In this document: positions 1 to 13,959 of the stretch, piece after piece
Position numbering within the stretch: the first letter of the stretch is position 1
Layout of the letters: each line of letters begins with the position of its first letter
Assembly (NCBI RefSeq): GCF_037042905.1
Contig: NC_087245.1
Location: 1,116,001-1,180,000 of the forward strand
Source of the DNA: Lytechinus pictus
Lineage: Eukaryota
Direction of reading: 5' to 3'
Length of the DNA stretch: 64,000 bases
Notes under the pieces: model-generated
What the model was told of the DNA's origin: nothing
The model's input: only the letters and a program-made list of their open reading frames with translations
Database searches by the model: none
Position numbers and translations under genes: made by a program

Positions 1-81
1 TATGATAAACTTTAATGCGCTTGATCGATTTTTTTTATACAATGTTTCTTTAATGAAAATTGCGACAACGTTGGAGAATCC

Positions 82-689
82 TTAAAGGACAAGTCCATCC
101 CAACAAAAAATTGATTTGAATATAAAGAGAAAAATCCAACAAGCATAACACTGAAAATTTCATCAAAATCGGATATAAAATAAGAAAGTTATGACATTTT
201 AAAGTTTTGCTTAATTTCACAGAACAGTTATATGCACATCCTGGTTGGTATGCAAATGAGGAGACTGATGACGTCATCCACTCACTATTTCTTTTGTATT
301 TTATTATATGAAATATTCTAATTTTCTCCTCATTGTCTCGTAAAACAGTGATTAATTCCTCCCTGAACATGTGGAATTAGCATTGTTTGATACTATGTGA
401 TGATTCAGTCAAGTCGGTCCCTATGGTCAAATCTGTAAAAAAATGAAACATTGTATAATTCAAACAATAAAAAACAAAAGAAAGAGTGAGTAATGGACAT
501 CATCGACTGACTCATTTTCATGTCACTGATTTGTGCATATCACTGTTTTGTGAAAAATTAGCGAAACTTTAAAATGCCATAACTTTCTTATTTTACATCC
601 GATTTTGACGAAATTTTCAGTGTTATGCTAGTTTGATTTTTCTCTATTTATTCAAATCAGCATTTTGCTGGGGTGGACTTGACCCTTAA
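82..689. mobile_element. Non-autonomous TIR DNA transposon (MITE) with TTAA target duplication, Kolobok-like; copy 1
   Basis: TTAA at 82-85 and 686-689. Imperfect TIRs of about 130 bp (AGGACAAGTCCA... / ...TGGACTTGACCC). A closely similar copy lies at 40072-40674. Confidence 0.85.
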
Positions 690-1561
690 GTATACTTAAC
701 AATTATTATATTGCGAAGTGTTGATGTTGTGTGATAGAGAGGGGATATACCCCCTACAAGTATATAGCTAAAACTCTAAAATAATGCACCAATATTTAGG
801 AATCTTCTCCAAAATGACTGTAATATTGATGACAGATATATAGCCATGAATGGGTATGATATTCCACGTCCAGGATAGCGAACGATTACATTCAGCTGTA
901 CAAAGACGTGAGTTTGACACTAATTACAAGCATCATTTTATTTGTGCAACTGAAAAGTGAGTGATTGCATTTGAAGATTTTTGGAAGCGCTATTTTTTCT
1001 CATCTTTTTTTTTGTTCTGACACTTAACACGAAGTTAGTTAATGATGTACTCATGTTTCAATAACGGCATGTAACTTAAAGCTCTGGTTTAGCGCACAAT
1101 GTCGTTGGCGATATTTGAAAATCATGTTTCATGGTAATGATTGTTGGCATGCTGAACAAACTAAGACCAGGATGGGGTACTTCAGATGCCACCTGCATGG
1201 ATGTAGATTGATAGAGTGTCAATGTCACATAATGCTTGTTAATTAACAAGAATTAATTAGTAGGTAGGATACAAAGGGTTTTAATTTTGTTTACTTGCTT
1301 TAGAATGTGAAAACACCGTTTTCAATGTTTTCTTTGTTTTCATTTTGCTTTAGTTCAGATTAATTATGGTAAATCTATAACGTCTTGTCATTTTCTGTTT
1401 ATCGGAATAATTACGATGGGGTCAATGTATGTTCAAATAAACATAAAATCAGACGTTACACCACTGATCATGCTGATAGGGAAACAAGTTGGATAATGTT
1501 ACGTGTATTTCAATCGATGTAGATTTAATCATGTGAAATAAATATTTGTTTTTATCCACAG

Positions 1562-1780
1562 TCAATTCAATTCAATTATCATTTTCAGATAATAAACATA
1601 ACATCAAACATATACATACTTCAGTTACAAATAATACACAAAAGTGATCGGTAAATAAATAAGTCATAGCTTAAAAACATATTTTGATTAAAACATAATT
1701 GAAAATTACAGGTCATAATTAACGTACGAAAATGAGGGACTTATTAAAAAGCAAAGTTTGTATTGGTAAGCCCCTCTGGA
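1562..1780 (-). mobile_element. Probable 3' tail remnant of a LINE
   Basis: The minus strand has a short stem-loop (GAGGGGCTTA...TAAGTCCCTC), a T-rich tract and a (TTGAA)-type tail. No ORF. Confidence 0.35.
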
Positions 1781-4700
1781 AATAAATTGTGATTTTAACC
1801 ATGGGCAATTGAAATTTCAATATGGTAAAAAAAAATCAAACATAGTGAAGAGCATTATGGATTTAGAGAGGGGAGAGAGAGAGAAAAAAATACAGGTCAA
1901 GATAAACAACATCAAATTAAAGAAAGGAAGAAAGTGGTAAAACAAAGAAAACGGAAAACGAGTATCGTGTTCGTCTAGAAAGGGAAATATAAGTCAAGTC
2001 GATGCATTATATACTATATATGAAATTTATGGATTTTCATTTAATTTGCTGGTTTCTTTTAACTTGATCAAAATACGATAATCATGAAAATATTTACACT
2101 TGCTTAAAGTGGACTTAATGAATAGGGCAATAATATCATATCAATAATATCGATAAATTCCTATCAAATGATTACTTTTCATTTCTAGATCCCTAGGAAA
2201 TAATGAATGCCATCGATCAGGCCTGCATCGTTACCTTATTAGAAACCAAGTGAAGCTATACAATATATTTGATATGCCTTAATACACAGTTTACATGGTT
2301 TAGGATGTGAATGAAATATTATAACAGAGAATAATGAATTAAGATTACATTTAATTAAAAAAAAAAAATAGTCATGGTAGTAACAAAATATCAAGAAAAG
2401 AAAAACGAGAGATCGAATAGAATCCCACTCCCCCTCGCAAATTAACGTTAGAAGAAACACTATTTTTCTTATTCCTTTCTTAATGAATCAATAATTCTAG
2501 TAGATCCGTTACTTACACGTGAAGAGGCCACCTGCAAAATTGAGTTGAACTTGAAGTGGAAGAGTCATTAACGTCTGTTAATATCACATCCAATTTTCCA
2601 TCGGCACAATGGGGTGTGTCCTTAAATTATTGGACGAAACTCTGCAATCAGATGCCCCACTGCATGAAAACGCAGTATCTTCATTCGAATGTGTTTGTTT
2701 TCATGAAAATTACAGTGTCGCTCTCCACTTTGATTCGACTCATAATAAATGAAAGTGTGAACGTTCTTTGGATGAGGGGGGGGGGGTGAGAAGAATATTT
2801 TAGTTCCTAGGTTTTTTTTTGTTAGCTGGTGGTTAGTTAGCTGTTTCAAGGAGGCGTCAAGTTTCGCCATTGGTTGTTGATCTGATATGATATACTCTTA
2901 TATTTTACAATCTTGATTATGTGCAACACTTTTTTTATTACTTTTTTATTTAAAAAATATTAATGAACAGTATAATAGAAGAAAAAAATCGTTTCAAACA
3001 CAGGAGCTGGAGATTTTTTTCGCTATTTCCTTCAAATGACTAACTGGTCATGAACCCGTGAATTGTGCGCGCTTTGGTATAGGCCTTCTTAATTATTATC
3101 ATTAAATGATAAAATGTTTCTTAAGTCATTTCTTACAGACTAAATGCCGATTCAGTCGAAAAAAATACGAAAATACAAAGAAATACAATTCACATTTATG
3201 ATTCATTATGATTTATATATCACAAGATAAATCTTTCAGTTGAAAATTGAAATTTTAATAATGATAACAATGATAATAATGATAATTAGAACAAAATAAT
3301 GATAATAATATACCGCCCATTCCATCTCTCCACCCTCCCCTCCCCTGACTCCTCCCCTGCCCCCATTCGTTCCCAATATCACACGATCAGCAATGATTAT
3401 CTTTCTCTACTTTAAATAAACAACTCTATATGTCTGATAGAACCATTTTCAAAACGCCCCCCCCCCCCGCAAAAAGAAAGACAGCCATTTGAATCATTAA
3501 AACAAAAGCAAGAAAATATAAACCTGTCGCATATTATTTTGTTTAGAAATGACATAAAAAATGGGAGGGTATTTCATTCGGCTGTTACGGAGTAAGATAA
3601 GGAGTAAAATGAAAAGCTTTGGTAGGAGTTTATTCAGACATGGCAGTTGTTTTTCGTCTACCGTATAAAGTTTTATGATAGTAAGGTCTTGGCCAGGCCA
3701 GCTATACAGAACCTGTTGCCCTCCTTGGCTAAAGTCCCTCATGCGATGCTGTGTACCGTACTACGACTTTACGACTCTTAGTCATACCAAAGCCAATGTC
3801 TGGTACATCTCGTAAAAATAGAGATATTTCAAACTATAATTGGACATCAGGGGTGTCGATGATCGCCTTGTAAATCGCATGTGATCAAGTGAATCATGTC
3901 CCCCTATAACAACCGTCTCGCTACTTGCGATTTGAATATGATGTCAACGAAACCGAAACGTTTCTTTTATGAAATCAAAATTGGTATCTGTCACAAATGT
4001 TTAGTCCATTAATACTGAATAACGTTATCTGATTTGCATAAAAGATAGGATAAGGGAGAAAATAATGTGTATTGTTTTCAATCTTTATTACACATTAATT
4101 TCATGGACTTGAAAATAAGAATGATCAAAGTCACAATATCATAAAAATCTTAAATCACTTAATATCTTATTAAATTATTGACAAAGACTGCATACAAAAG
4201 GAGGTCAATTTCTTTTTACCGAGGGACATTGTTTTTATGGGCAAGAGACAGATGGTTGTGGATATGCATAAAAAATTCATATCTCTCGTCAAATTGGTAA
4301 ACACACGTCGGCTGTGTTAAGACCAGTTGATCACCGAATTTATACCCTAGCACCAGGGATTTTCTTATAAGGAGGGCCAGCTCACTGGTATTTACAATTG
4401 GAAAGGGATTTTGACAGAAGATGCTCGTATTCATTCAGGGGATGAAAGAAAAATACACGTCGTAAAGTAAAGCGAGTTTCTGAGCATTCTTGTGACGAAA
4501 GTTGAGCCTGTGGGTGAACAAAAACGAAACCGATCTCTTTTTCCTTGCTGAACCTGATCGTGGTAACTATTCGTTGGTGAAAAGAAGGTAATAAGGAGAA
4601 ATTACAAAATATTGAAAGGGGACAAAATGTGATGATTGAAAGACAAAATGAAAATAATAGAAAGATGCAGAAGGAAGGTGAGACGAAGATTCTTGCCGTT

Positions 4701-7655
4701 TCTACTCTGCATACTGACGAAGTATAAGTTTAAAGAGTGTCTAAGTCTTACTGAAAAAAGGCATTTTTACCTTTCCAAAATTTATCCCCGGTGACGTTTT
4801 TTTTTATAAACTCTGGTGTAAAAAGTGTCGAAAAACCCTTAAAAATAATAATTTGGTCATTATCATACAGTTCAATGAACCAGCCCCCCTTCAATACAAT
4901 AATTTTCTTTTTCTATATCTCTCTCTCTCTTCTTCTTCTTTTTGTCCACTTAATTTTATTGTTTTATTTTTTTGCTTGTTCACCTTTTGTTGTGATTGTA
5001 AACAATTCATTCATAGGGGCAGTTGCCCCCCCCCCCCCCATCGACCCCAACCCCCGCCTCCCCCTCCTCCGACCCCCGCCGCCCTGGACTGATGTAGTTT
5101 TGTTTTCTCATGTTTGACTTTGACTTTTCAACAAATTATCTGCGGCTAATAATTGTAAATGAAATGTGTTGATTTCTGTCAGTGGCTCAAGGCATGTATG
5201 GAGCGCTGGGAAAAAGACTTTCCGACGCCAAATATCAAAATCTGAAAGAGAGTGATAAAAAGAGAAAAGTAGAAAGAGAGGGGGAGATCCAGGGAGATCT
5301 ACCAGGGAGAGAGAGAGGGAGAAAAGGAGAGAAGGGAAGAGAGATGGAGGAAGGGGGCGAAGCTTATATAGATTTTACTCGCGTGGATGTCGTGAGTGTC
5401 TTCTATTGTGAAGTCATAATTTTCACGGTCCCACGCGCGTGTTTGAAACGACTACCAGCCGAGTTGTAATTTTTGAGATCTCGCCTTTTGTCCCCAACGC
5501 AAGTTTCCCACGGTCTGCTACTACTCTGTTTATTCTTTGGATGCAATCCGTTAGTCTGCAGCAAAAAATAACGATCTTGATCATATTTTCTAGAGATATT
5601 TTCCCAATTTAGGGCTTTTATTTTTATTTTGACGAATACAATCATCGCAACTATTTACCAGGAATCATGTGTCTTAATTTATTGATTTGCATATCTACTT
5701 TAAAAAAAATTATCTTATATCTTTTGTAAGGTATATAAAATTGATACATTTGAAATCAGTATGTTCTGTGAGACTATCAATTCGTGAGCCAAGCTACTTC
5801 GCTGTCAAATAACTAAATAATTATGTTTGACTTTCTATCATAATCCATATTTCTTTCTCTCTCTCACTGCATAATCTCCCTCGCTTCATTTCTTTGTTTA
5901 GTTCATTTCAAGAGAAACACACAAACATTATATATTTATCTAACAAACTATATTCTTTTATTGACTTTTGGCGTTTATTCATGCACTCGGCTGAACTCGG
6001 GAGAAAAAAAGACACTTTCGTGATTATAGGTTGCCATGAAATGTTATTGAATGGAATTTTGGAATCTGAATTCGTTTGTGTGTTATCTCGGCTTGGTATA
6101 TTACATCCTTGGAAACAATGATGAATAATGCCAAAAAGAAAATAATCATTCAAAAAATCATGCTTGGACGCTTTGTGTAATAATCGTGGGAAAGCTATCC
6201 AGAGATATACTATTCTCATTCCAATGAATTAATGAAGGATTTAGGTGAAATTTTTGTAGGAAAATGAAATTTGTTAGTTCACTGATTTTAGTTTACGCAT
6301 CAATTATTTCCGGCCATGGCGTAGTTTGAATAATTACAAATATCTTATATTCCTCATTTGCGGGAATTTTCGCTTGACCATTGTACAAAGGGGGGGGGGG
6401 GGTGATAATCAAATGCATATTTTTTTATTCACTCATCGGCATTTTTGTATCTACTTCAAAATAGTTGTCTAACTTGATTTAGTTAGATTTCGGTAATTTT
6501 TTAATTTTTGTATTTGTTTATCTTGTATTTAAGTCGATTTATTTTAGAGGGATTTTAAACAAGAAAATTTATATTCAAATTGTAAAATGCGTCTCTCACT
6601 CATCACAGTACGGACAAAAATAAGATTTTTCAAATTACACAAACTCAGTGTAAATACTGATCATTTATAAGCATAATATAGATAAGAATATAGTATAAAG
6701 GAGTGTAAAATAACAACAACAAAAGAAGAAAAATGCGTGATCAAACCACTGATATAATGACATTAACTAATTAACTATTTTGCAATATAATTATTGCAAT
6801 CCTTTTGAAAACTTTTTAATTTACAAACAGAAAATCAGTTTTTCATCCGCCCTTTATCACTTTTTGCTTGAATATAACTGAATTTATCAAATCCACATTT
6901 TTCAAACAAGACTATGAAAAAACGATAGGCCTATTCTAAATAGCCAAATCTTTCCATTTTATTTTTCCATCTCCATTTTTTTTTCTTTTTCCACCATTGT
7001 TTCTCTCCAAATCAAAATATATATTTCAAAATTATATTTAGTATATACACGCATTTCGTTTTGAATTTTCAGAATTTTAAATCCAAAATGGTGTCATGAC
7101 ATATTTAAAAAAAATCTGGATAAGGTATTGCATGAATTTATATAAATATGCCAGATAATTTTAATGCATCTCTTGTGCAGAAAGAATTTGAAAGGAACAG
7201 TGAAATAATTAAGCTTCTACAAATATTTGAGTTTATTTTCCTATGAAATATTCTATAATGAAAAATCAATCGTCTGTGACGTCATAATGCGCAGTTGGTC
7301 CCGTGATGGTAAGAGTGTTCTTGTTGACAGCTCGGCTCCAATGAAGGAGATCATCTTCCTTTTTAACCTCTTCGTTGTTGATGATGATAGGTATATAGTC
7401 CTCATGGTAGGGGTAATATAAGGAAGGCGTAGACAAGTGGATACCATACCTCGGCTTGGTTTAACTCCTTGGTATATGGGGTTGGACTAACTGGTCAGTC
7501 ACTCCAACGACCCTAAACTTTGTACAATTGGATAGAGCACTATGAAATATTGTAATGCACTTTTTATCGATAAAAATCAAGAACCTTTAATTTTCGGAAT
7601 AGGTCCAGACGCAGTTCCTGGAAAATTTGTTGTAGTAAAAAGAAATGGCTTGAAA

Positions 7656-8070
7656 TTAAAGGGGAATGAAACCTTTGGAACAAGTGTGTCGAAACAAAAA
7701 AAATAAAAGAATAAGAACGAAGAAAGTTTGAGAAAAATCGGACAAATAATGAGAAAGTTATGAGCATTTGAATATTGCAATCACTATTAAATGCTATGGA
7801 GATCCTCCTATTGGCAATGCGACAAGGATGTGTAATGTCACATGTGAACAACTTTCCCTTTGATTGACTATGAAATACCATGAAAATGTATCTTTTTGCT
7901 TTTTCTTATGTTGATACAAACTCTTTATCCATAATGTATTCTTTAAAAATCTGCCTTCCTATAGAAAGAATACATGATCTACTGAAAGATGTGATAAAAG
8001 AGGCAGTTTAAGTGAAATATAAATTATACTAAAGTAATGGGGAGAGTTGTTCAAAAGTGACATCACACCT
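7656..8070 (+). mobile_element. Truncated TTAA-AG-type MITE (second Kolobok-like family)
   Basis: Starts TTAAAGGGGAATGAAAC. Shares the AAAATCGG..AAT.AGAAAGTTATGA motif with the 82-689 TIR. Has an internal inverted repeat ATGTCACATGTGAACAACTTTCCC / GGGAGAGTTGTTCAAAAGTGACAT. Right TIR not found. Confidence 0.55.
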
Positions 8071-8374
8071 AAAAAGCTCATAAAAAGCAGGAGAGGTGGA
8101 ACCAGCAGGGGGGCGAGGGGAAATTGCCCCCCCCCCCAAAAAAAAAAAAAAAAATCAGTAGGAAAAAAAGAAGACAGTTACTCCTTGTGAAGTACTTCAT
8201 TTAAGGTTGGATTATACCCATCCTGTTCACGGAATAGAGCTTAGAATGTCCAGTTTGCAGGTCGGAATATTAACAGCTCTTTCAGTTCGCTCTTTACGTT
8301 TGGTGAGATATGTATCCTATTCATGAGTCCGGCAAGCAGTCCTAATGACAGGTCCCTTTTCAGGCAGCATGGCC

Positions 8375-8797
8375 AGTGAAAAAAATTCAATTATGCCAGA
8401 GGAGCAGCGAAATTATTCTTTTTCGAGAAAAATTATGCCAAACCGTTTTGGACCCTAGGATTTTCCACAGGGTGGGGGGGGGGGGCAAAACCGTCCGCCA
8501 AAAAAAAAAAAAAGGTCTTCAATCACAAATAAAGGATTTCGTGCCAGAAAAAAAATTGACAAGCAAAAAAGAAAGAAAGAAAAAAAAAAAAAGGTCTTCA
8601 ATCTTCAAATAGATCAAAATTATGCTAAATTTGCAATTATCATGCCAGATTCTTTGCTTAAAAAAGTCTAATTATGCCCCAAATTATGCTGAAAGGGTCA
8701 AAATTATGCCAGAAAAAAAGTCTAATTATGCCAGAATTATGCTGAAAGGGTCGAAATTATGCCAGAAAGCATAATTATGCCAGTTCTGGCAACGTTG
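8375..8797. mobile_element. Degenerate hAT-like MITE with AATTATGCC subterminal repeats, interrupted by a poly-G/poly-A repeat fragment
   Basis: About 9 copies of AATTATGC(C/T); ends TGGCAACGTTG. The insert at about 8450-8610 resembles the 43125-43491 element (shared AAAAATTGACAAGC). Confidence 0.45.
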
Positions 8798-10494
8798 TTT
8801 TCAGGCCTATGTAAAAGATATAGGCTCGCGTTAATCCTTCGATCTCTAAAAGGTATAGTCGTGTAAGTCTATACATTTCTCCTTTGATTCATTTGAGAAT
8901 AAATAGGTCGTCCCCTCACCTTATGTCGTTCGCCTCATTTTGAGCTTCCTTTTATCTATTTCGCCTTTTCTTTCAAAATCTCGGAGATTTTGGTCAATTG
9001 ATTACCGTCAGCATAAGAAAACGGTTTGGCACATTATTACCATTGATTACAAAGACTTGCACGAGGAACACACACAAAAAAGAGAGTAAAGAATCTGAAA
9101 ATTGAAAAGAAAGCCAAAAGAAAATATGCGAGTGACCCAAGACAGCGTCCCCTGTAAATTCGTGCACCAGTTTGTTCCCTTGGGAAGATGGGCCGTACGC
9201 ACAACTTAAACAGGAAGAGCGATTCTACCTTAATTAAAAAACCAATCCTAAAATCTTTATTACAGAACCACGACCCTTTTCTAACAACATGAACAAGTTT
9301 AATGCAATATTAACATCGGGTTAATGGTTTTGAATTACCCTCCCCCTATTTTTCTTTTTTCATAATCATAATGGTAGGAATGTTTGTTTATACAATATTA
9401 AGAAAAGATACTTTTCATATTATCTTGTCCAAATAATAGATTATTTGTAGCATATTTAACTCGAATAAAGAACACATTCATGTATAAGGTCTTTAAGTCA
9501 TTATGATTAATACAAAATTAAGAAAAATAACTTAAAGATCATTGTTATAAGGATAGTTTGAAAGATTATGTTTATCAAGTCATAATGATGAAAAGTAATA
9601 TTCTATAACGACGAGTCAGTGATAGCTCACTTGTTTATTTTTATTTCAAAATCTAGACAGATTTCCTTCTAACATGCTAAAGATCGAAATAATACAATCT
9701 GCCAATATTATTATTTTGCTGACGTTAATTAGGAGGACCATCGTTGAATATACATCACGTTCTCACAGCCATTCTCACTTCCAACCAGTCGACGAGCGAA
9801 ACGTGCCAATATAAATTTGAATGGGTTGCCCATGGACTTGGATCAGCTTATTTTTTCAAGTTCGTAAGATCAATTCGATATTGTCCAGTGTGAACGTGTC
9901 ATTGTATTATGATCTCCATTGCCGAATCAGAAGAACACGTGCAAATTTTACTCGCTTTTCTGTTCAGGATGCGCACGTGTTAGTCCTGTTTGCAATCAGT
10001 GGGTATACTATTCTTCTATTTTTAATAATTGATACCAAACCCTTCGAAATAAGGGAGACGGGGGCTTAAAAGACAAACAAAAATCACACCGCTCGCTCTT
10101 CTATTATCTTGATTATTCCAGGTATTGATTTATTTTCAAACTTGACCTCTTTCTATGTTATTCTTTAGTGATCGTGCATTCTGTTTGAATTATGTTTTGT
10201 CTTGACATAATTTAATTATAAATCCAACGTCTCCCCAAGTCTGTGTTTCATCTCAACAGAGATGTGATCTCATTTATAACATTATAATGCAATGTATTTA
10301 TTATTATTATTTTTTTTTTTTAACAGTGCACGGGATTCTTTCTTTGTTTTGTATCATTTTTAAAGTATTACTCATTGTTATTGTAACACTATAATTACTA
10401 CACAAATGTATCTTACACTGGTTTTCAACTATATAATAATAGGACATTGTACTAATCTTCCAAACATAAACCTAATATATTCGATGTCTCTTTA

Positions 10495-11488
10495 TACAGT
10501 GCGTATCAAAAAAAGTTTACTATTTGAAAAAGCCCTGGGAAATAAATAATATACAATATGTGGGTATTTTTTTCACATATATTCTTGGGTTTGGGTCTCA
10601 TCTATCTAACGAAAGTAAAAGTTTTGACAGAATGTTACACTTGAGTGAGCACTGTCCATTTTCGTAAAGCTCGCATAAATCTGTTTGCGCAGAAATGCTC
10701 GTTTTACGCTGTGTCAAGAGGAAAGGGCGAAATCAAATTTACCCTGCGAAACATTTCTCATACATTTCGCTTGTACTTTTAGTCAATTGAAATAAAACGG
10801 ATACATTCAAGCATTTTGTAACAATTTTGCCACCCAAATTGAAATTTCAACACTTAGTAACTTAGTAAGCACAACCTTTACCCTTTTTGTGCCAGCTTGT
10901 CCTGAGGACATAACTGAATCTGAACAAAAGTTTATATCAGACATCTCCAGCATTTTTAACTAAGTTTTTTTTTTATTTAAAGTGGGTTTACATTTCATTT
11001 TTCATTTAATACTTGATTCTCCACTCTTTTCCCAAGCTGACAATGATTAACAAAATGAAAATCAAGCCTAAGCTATTTCATGTAAATCACAGCTCAGTGT
11101 AAAACAAATATCGTCACGATGGCCTCGGTGTGTGGGGCAGTGGGGTGGGGAGCAAAGCACTCTTCCAAGTGTTTTTGGCAAGGAAACAAGTTAAACATAG
11201 TAAAAGATATCTTCAAATCAATTCTACTAGCTAAATTCCATGTGTTCTTCATGATTAAGGTATACTTTAGTTCGCATAACTATTTCAAAGTTCTGCGCAA
11301 ATCATTTTTCACTAACTTTTCAAAAGTAAGTGGAGCTCACTCAAGCGGAAATATTTTTCGAGTTATATCGTCAATTGCTTGAATGGGTCTGTACCATTAT
11401 TAAAATGTGGAAAAATTTTCAGGATATTACAAATGTATAATTTTACAGGATTTTTTCTAAGTGTAAACTTTTTTTTATACGCACTGTA
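10495..11488. mobile_element. Tc1/mariner-type non-autonomous element
   Basis: TA|CAGTGCGTATCAAAAAAAGTTTAC ... GTAAACTTTTTTTTATACGCACTG|TA. An inner inverted pair CTTGAGTGAGC / GCTCACTCAAG is also present. Confidence 0.85.
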
Positions 11489-11837
11489 TAGAGAGAGTTT
11501 TACTTGAAAACACGATCAAGGGTCCTTTTATATGTTTGGGGAAAAAGCGGTACGAAGAAAAACGAACCTGATTACAGGTCTATTCTTGGTAACTTACCTT
11601 TAACAAGGAAAACATTGGAAAGGACGATGGTTGTTTACAATCCAAAGAAAACTTTATAAAAAGATATAACTTTTCACCACTTAGTAGTACTTAGAATGAA
11701 GGACCCAGTGTGTCTTGTTATGTTTTTCATGTAGAGCTAAGAACATAGAGACATGCAGTCATGTAAGGTGTTGTGTCAGTGTATACGTTATTATTGTGTC
11801 ACACAAAATATTTCTTCGTGATAAAAGTATTAGAAAT

Positions 11838-11960
11838 AATAATAAGTAAAGAACAATGATAATAATAATAATAATAACAACAACAGCAACAATAATAATA
11901 ATAATAAATATAATAATAATAATAAAATAATAATAACAATAATAATAAAAATAGTAATAT
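11838..11960. repeat. (AAT)n/(AAC)n microsatellite
   Basis: Directly visible trinucleotide run. Confidence 0.9.
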
Positions 11961-12780
11961 GGTCCATTTATATTGCGTAATTACGGTATACATATTATCT
12001 TCTGCGCTTGATATTGGTATCATACACCGGCTGTAGTATTCTATTGGCACTACTTTTTCACGTACTTCAGATCGTGACGTTGATAAAGTAGATAATCATA
12101 TCCGACTAATACACATCTGTTAAAAAAGATGAAGTGAAAGTAAACAGCGACAACCCATTTTTGTTTCCTCTATAATTGAATGTACACTTCACGTTAACGA
12201 GGTGCAGAATTTAAGCAAAAAAATAGTAATGAAAGAACAGGAAATAAATATTGTTTGATATCAATTATTTTGAAATTACTTTGTATGCCACTGATAATAT
12301 GTGTACATTGTATGTGCTTGCTGGTGATGGTGGGTGTGTTGGTTGATGTTACCATTCACAATCAATGTATTCGCAAGAGTTTTAAATATTTGATAAAAAA
12401 GGTATACTACATTAAACGACTTACGAATAAGACTCATCACCCCCCCCCCCCGAAATATATTTTTCTGTCTTACGAAAAAGCAATGACCAGTACTGATTTT
12501 GTATAATAATCCGTTTTCCACTTATCCTTTGTTCAAACAAAATGGGCTTTGCCGAGTCTATACCCACAGTGATAGGCCTACTGATGGCAGGCTATCAACT
12601 CAAAATACCCTCGATGATTTATGTTATTTCCAAATGAGATTTGACAATATTACTCTTTTTACAATACATCACGTTGTGCAACCTACTGTAAGGGTACTGA
12701 TCGGTACACACATACACACGCCATAAAAAATCCTTTCATTTTGGTAATATCGCAATATTATTGTTGTCAGATTGTTTTTA

Positions 12781-13140
12781 AGCCAATGAGGAGACCTGCA
12801 ACTCTTGGCCACGCCCTTTTGTTGACATGACCCACGTGTAACCTGCCAATCACACGCCGTGCAGCACGTTTCTTTTATTCCCCAACACGCGACGTTGGGG
12901 ACTTACCGGCCAATGGCGTGCCGCCGGCGTGCGAGTAGGCAGCCAATCGCAGCACGCGACAAACGGCAGTTCGGTGCGACGGCCTGAGCGTGCGCAAAAC
13001 CCAACGTAAGACACGCGTAGAGGAAACTTATATTAGCCATTTTCAACCAATCACAGGCGTATTAGACCCCCGAGGGCTGCTCAGACACACTCCCTAGCTC
13101 CCCCCACTGAGAAGTAGTATTTGACTGCGAGCGCAGATAA
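12781..13140 (+). promoter_or_regulatory. Probable Hey promoter: CpG-rich patch with five CCAAT boxes and E-box/class C sites
   Basis: CCAAT at 12783, 12846, 12910, 12943, 13047; CACGTG at 12833; CACGCG at 12886, 12953, 13012. Lies 370-720 bp upstream of the ATG in an AT-rich background. Confidence 0.7.
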
Positions 13141-13505
13141 GTTGTCAAACAGTTGACAGCTAAACTTCGACAAGCGGACCACACGCTTACTTGACACTTC
13201 AAGAAAACTTTCATCCAACCCTACTACTCTTCAATAAAACACAAGACAGTCGGCGAACACGAACCTTTTCATCAACTGCAACAGTTAGTTTTCGGAAATC
13301 AACAAGTTTCAATTCTTAACCTCTATCTTGTGTTATTGTCTAAACTCTGGAAGCAGCAATTTTATGAGAACACCTCACAACACCTGTCGAGTAGTGGAGT
13401 GCACACCAGACGTTTTGCGCAGAAAGGTGTAACAATCGTGTAATCTACCTGGTTATTTATCGAGGGAAAGCCTGTCGCATGAAGCTATCAGTTGGTCCCT
13501 GGAAC

Positions 13506-13564
13506 ATGAAAAGGACAATGAGTGAATCAGAAAGTGACGAATTATTTGACGAGACCATGAAGGG
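13506..13564 (+). CDS. Hey: Hey coding exon 1 (MKRTMSESESDELFDETMKG)
   Basis: ATG at 13506; MKR plus acidic N-terminus typical of Hey; donor GG|gtaaga; phase 2 matches exon 2. Confidence 0.85.
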
Positions 13565-13959
13565 GTAAGATTCATTTTTCATAAATAATTTTATTTTAAC
13601 TAAAATATATTCAAGGGACTTTAGATAAACTTGCTTTAAATTATTGATTGTCGGCTTAACAGCAAAAAAATAAAATAATAATAATATGAAGATTGCACAA
13701 AGCTACCTAGATACATATTTACAATAATGTGCTCATTTTACAAGATCGAGAAAATGATGGAATAATAATCATTATAGTTTTGGAGAAGGTTGACAATGTA
13801 CATTATATTAGATTATTATAATTATCATTTCCTGGCTCGTCCGGCTGAACTTCAATTAACCATAAACTTTGGTGGTTTGACTGGTTGACGACATCTAATG
13901 AATTTCGTTCCATTTCTTCATCTTGATGAAATATTCTGCTTTTATTTTCTGTTTAATAG

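Noticed and set aside
50..370. 106-aa ORF and similar ORFs at 39912-40136, 40479-40667 and 7564-7881
   Set aside because: They overlap MITE inverted repeats. Their mutual similarity reflects repeat DNA, and there are no transposase motifs.
4791..5469. Pro-rich and Glu/Arg-rich ORFs
   Set aside because: They derive from poly-C and GA-rich low-complexity tracts.
11799..12050. Poly-Leu/Tyr/Cys ORF
   Set aside because: It is a translation of the (AAT)n/(AAC)n microsatellite.
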